41,555 nucleotides of DNA from a virus (lineage: Duplodnaviria > Caudoviricetes): positions 1 through 41,555 of the IMG/VR virus record IMGVR_UViG_3300020382_000151; one strand, written 5' to 3'. The notes under the pieces were generated by a model. The model searched no databases. It had not been told where the DNA came from and saw only the letters and a list, made by a program, of their open reading frames with translations. The position numbers were made by a program, and so were the translations under genes. Positions 40,228-41,555 of the stretch are shown in pieces. Position 1 is the stretch's first letter; every line of letters starts with the position of its first letter.

Positions 40228-41409
40228 ATGATGTCAGAATTACTAGAATCACGCTGGGTAGACACCAAAACTGCACTTCTTGAAGGCCTGCAAGGCAACA
40301 AGAAATCTGTTATGGCTGCTACACTAGAAAATACTCGCAGATATTTGTCTGAGAGTGCAACAGCAGGCGCAACATCTGCAGGTAACGTAGCGACACTTAA
40401 TCGTGTTATTCTACCAGTTATCCGTCGTGTTATGCCAACAGTTATTGCTAACGAATTAGTTGGCGTACAACCAATGACTGGACCAGTTGGTCAAATTCAC
40501 ACATTACGTGTACGTTATTCAGAAACAACGAATGACGCAAGTGCAGGTAACACTGATACTACAGCAGGCGAAGAGGCTCTAAGCCCATTCAAAATTGCTG
40601 AAGCATATTCAGGTGATTTATCAACTGCAAAAGCTGCAAGTACCGCTTCTTTAGAAGGTGCAGCTGGACGTAAAATGTCAATCCAAATCTTAAAGCAGAC
40701 AGTTGAAGCGAAAACTCGTAAGTTGAGTGCTCGTTGGACTTTTGAATCTGCTCAAGATGCGCAGTCAATGCATGGTATTGATGTAGAAGCAGAAATCATG
40801 GCAGCTCTTGCACAAGAGATTACTGCTGAGATCGACCAAGAAGTAATTGGTTCACTTGTAACGTTGTCTGGTACAGCCGCACAAGCATACGACCAAACAG
40901 CAGTAAGTGGCACAGCTACTTTCGTAGGTGACGAGCATGCAGCATTAGCTGTTATGATCAACCGCGTAAGTAACTTGATTGCACAGCGTACACGTAGAGG
41001 CGCAGGTAACTGGGCAGTGGTATCACCATTTGCACTAACTATCCTACAGTCTGCTACAACTAGTGCATTTGCACGTACAACTGAAGGCACTTTTGAAGCT
41101 CCAACTAACACTAAGATGGTTGGTACTTTAAACAGCGCAATGAAAGTATATGTAAACACTTATAGTGCAGACGCAGCACCAGTTCTTATTGGATACAAAG
41201 GCGCAAGTGAGTCGGACGCAGCAGCGTTCTATTGCCCATATATCCCACTAATGAGCTCAGGCGTTGTATTGGATCCAGGTACGTTCGAACCAACAGTATC
41301 ATTCATGACACGTTATGGATATGTTGAGTTGAACAACACGGCTTCATCGCTTGGTAACGCAGCTGATTACTTAGGTAATGTTTCTATTGCTGGTGTTACT
41401 TTTAGCTAA
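40228..41409 (+). CDS. gp23: Major capsid protein, T4 gp23-like (393 aa)
   Basis: VIRRVMP.VIANELVGVQPMTGPVGQI, VEAKTRKLSARWTFESAQD...HGIDVEAE, AFYCPYIPL, FMTRYG; TAAGGAG RBS. Confidence 0.97.
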   Translation: MMSELLESRWVDTKTALLEGLQGNKKSVMAATLENTRRYLSESATAGATSAGNVATLNRVILPVIRRVMPTVIANELVGVQPMTGPVGQIHTLRVRYSETTNDASAGNTDTTAGEEALSPFKIAEAYSGDLSTAKAASTASLEGAAGRKMSIQILKQTVEAKTRKLSARWTFESAQDAQSMHGIDVEAEIMAALAQEITAEIDQEVIGSLVTLSGTAAQAYDQTAVSGTATFVGDEHAALAVMINRVSNLIAQRTRRGAGNWAVVSPFALTILQSATTSAFARTTEGTFEAPTNTKMVGTLNSAMKVYVNTYSADAAPVLIGYKGASESDAAAFYCPYIPLMSSGVVLDPGTFEPTVSFMTRYGYVELNNTASSLGNAADYLGNVSIAGVTFS

Positions 41410-41433
41410 ACTTTAGTTAAAATAGTAAGCTAC

Positions 41434-41462
41434 AAAAAGGGCGCCTTAGGGGGCCCTTTTTT
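41434..41462 (+). terminator. Rho-independent terminator after the capsid gene (potentially bidirectional)
   Basis: AAAAAGGGC-GCC-TTAG-GGG-GCCC-TTTTTT: GC-rich stem with one mismatch, flanked by A and T tracts. Confidence 0.88.
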
Positions 41463-41491
41463 ACGACTTGATAAAATAATAAGGAATACAC

Positions 41492-41555
41492 ATGGACGTA
41501 GTATTAGTAGTAGGTTTGTTTTTAACCTTGTTTATATTCGAACCAGGTAATGAAA
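41492..41555 (+). CDS. Partial ORF, hydrophobic N-terminus (MDVVLVVGLFLTLFIFEPGNE...)
   Basis: AAGGA RBS then ATG at 41492; open to the window end. Confidence 0.55.
   Translation, partial: MDVVLVVGLFLTLFIFEPGNE

Overview
AT-rich segment of a large T4-related (T4-superfamily, probably jumbo) myophage genome. It has three parts. (1) A minus-strand baseplate operon (<1-24922), including a >4,360-codon giant structural ORF that the ORF track missed because it runs off the left edge, plus gp6-, gp25-, gp5- and gp53-like genes. (2) A plus-strand island under consensus sigma70 promoters: gp55-like late sigma factor, gp47/gp46 (Mre11/Rad50-like), and a GIY-YIG nuclease followed by a ~690-bp non-coding region. 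(3) Tail and head genes: a gp26-like chaperone pair, tape measure protein, portal, prohead core, protease, scaffold and major capsid protein, ending in a terminator. The most interesting locus is 28770-30000. A perfect sigma70 promoter drives a ~460-nt, apparently highly structured and pseudoknotted non-coding RNA directly behind the GIY-YIG gene. It is preceded by a strand-specific AGGC(A/G) repeat cluster and followed by an AT-rich cluster of ssDNA-type hairpins. It may be an ornate phage ncRNA/nuclease system or an RNA-primed origin. Other notable signals are a -1 programmed frameshift cassette in the tail chaperone pair, leaderless late transcripts, a back-to-back late/sigma70 promoter overlap at the late sigma gene, and a Maf/MptE-like enzyme inside the head operon. 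All protein calls rest on motif recognition and synteny; no database searches were run.
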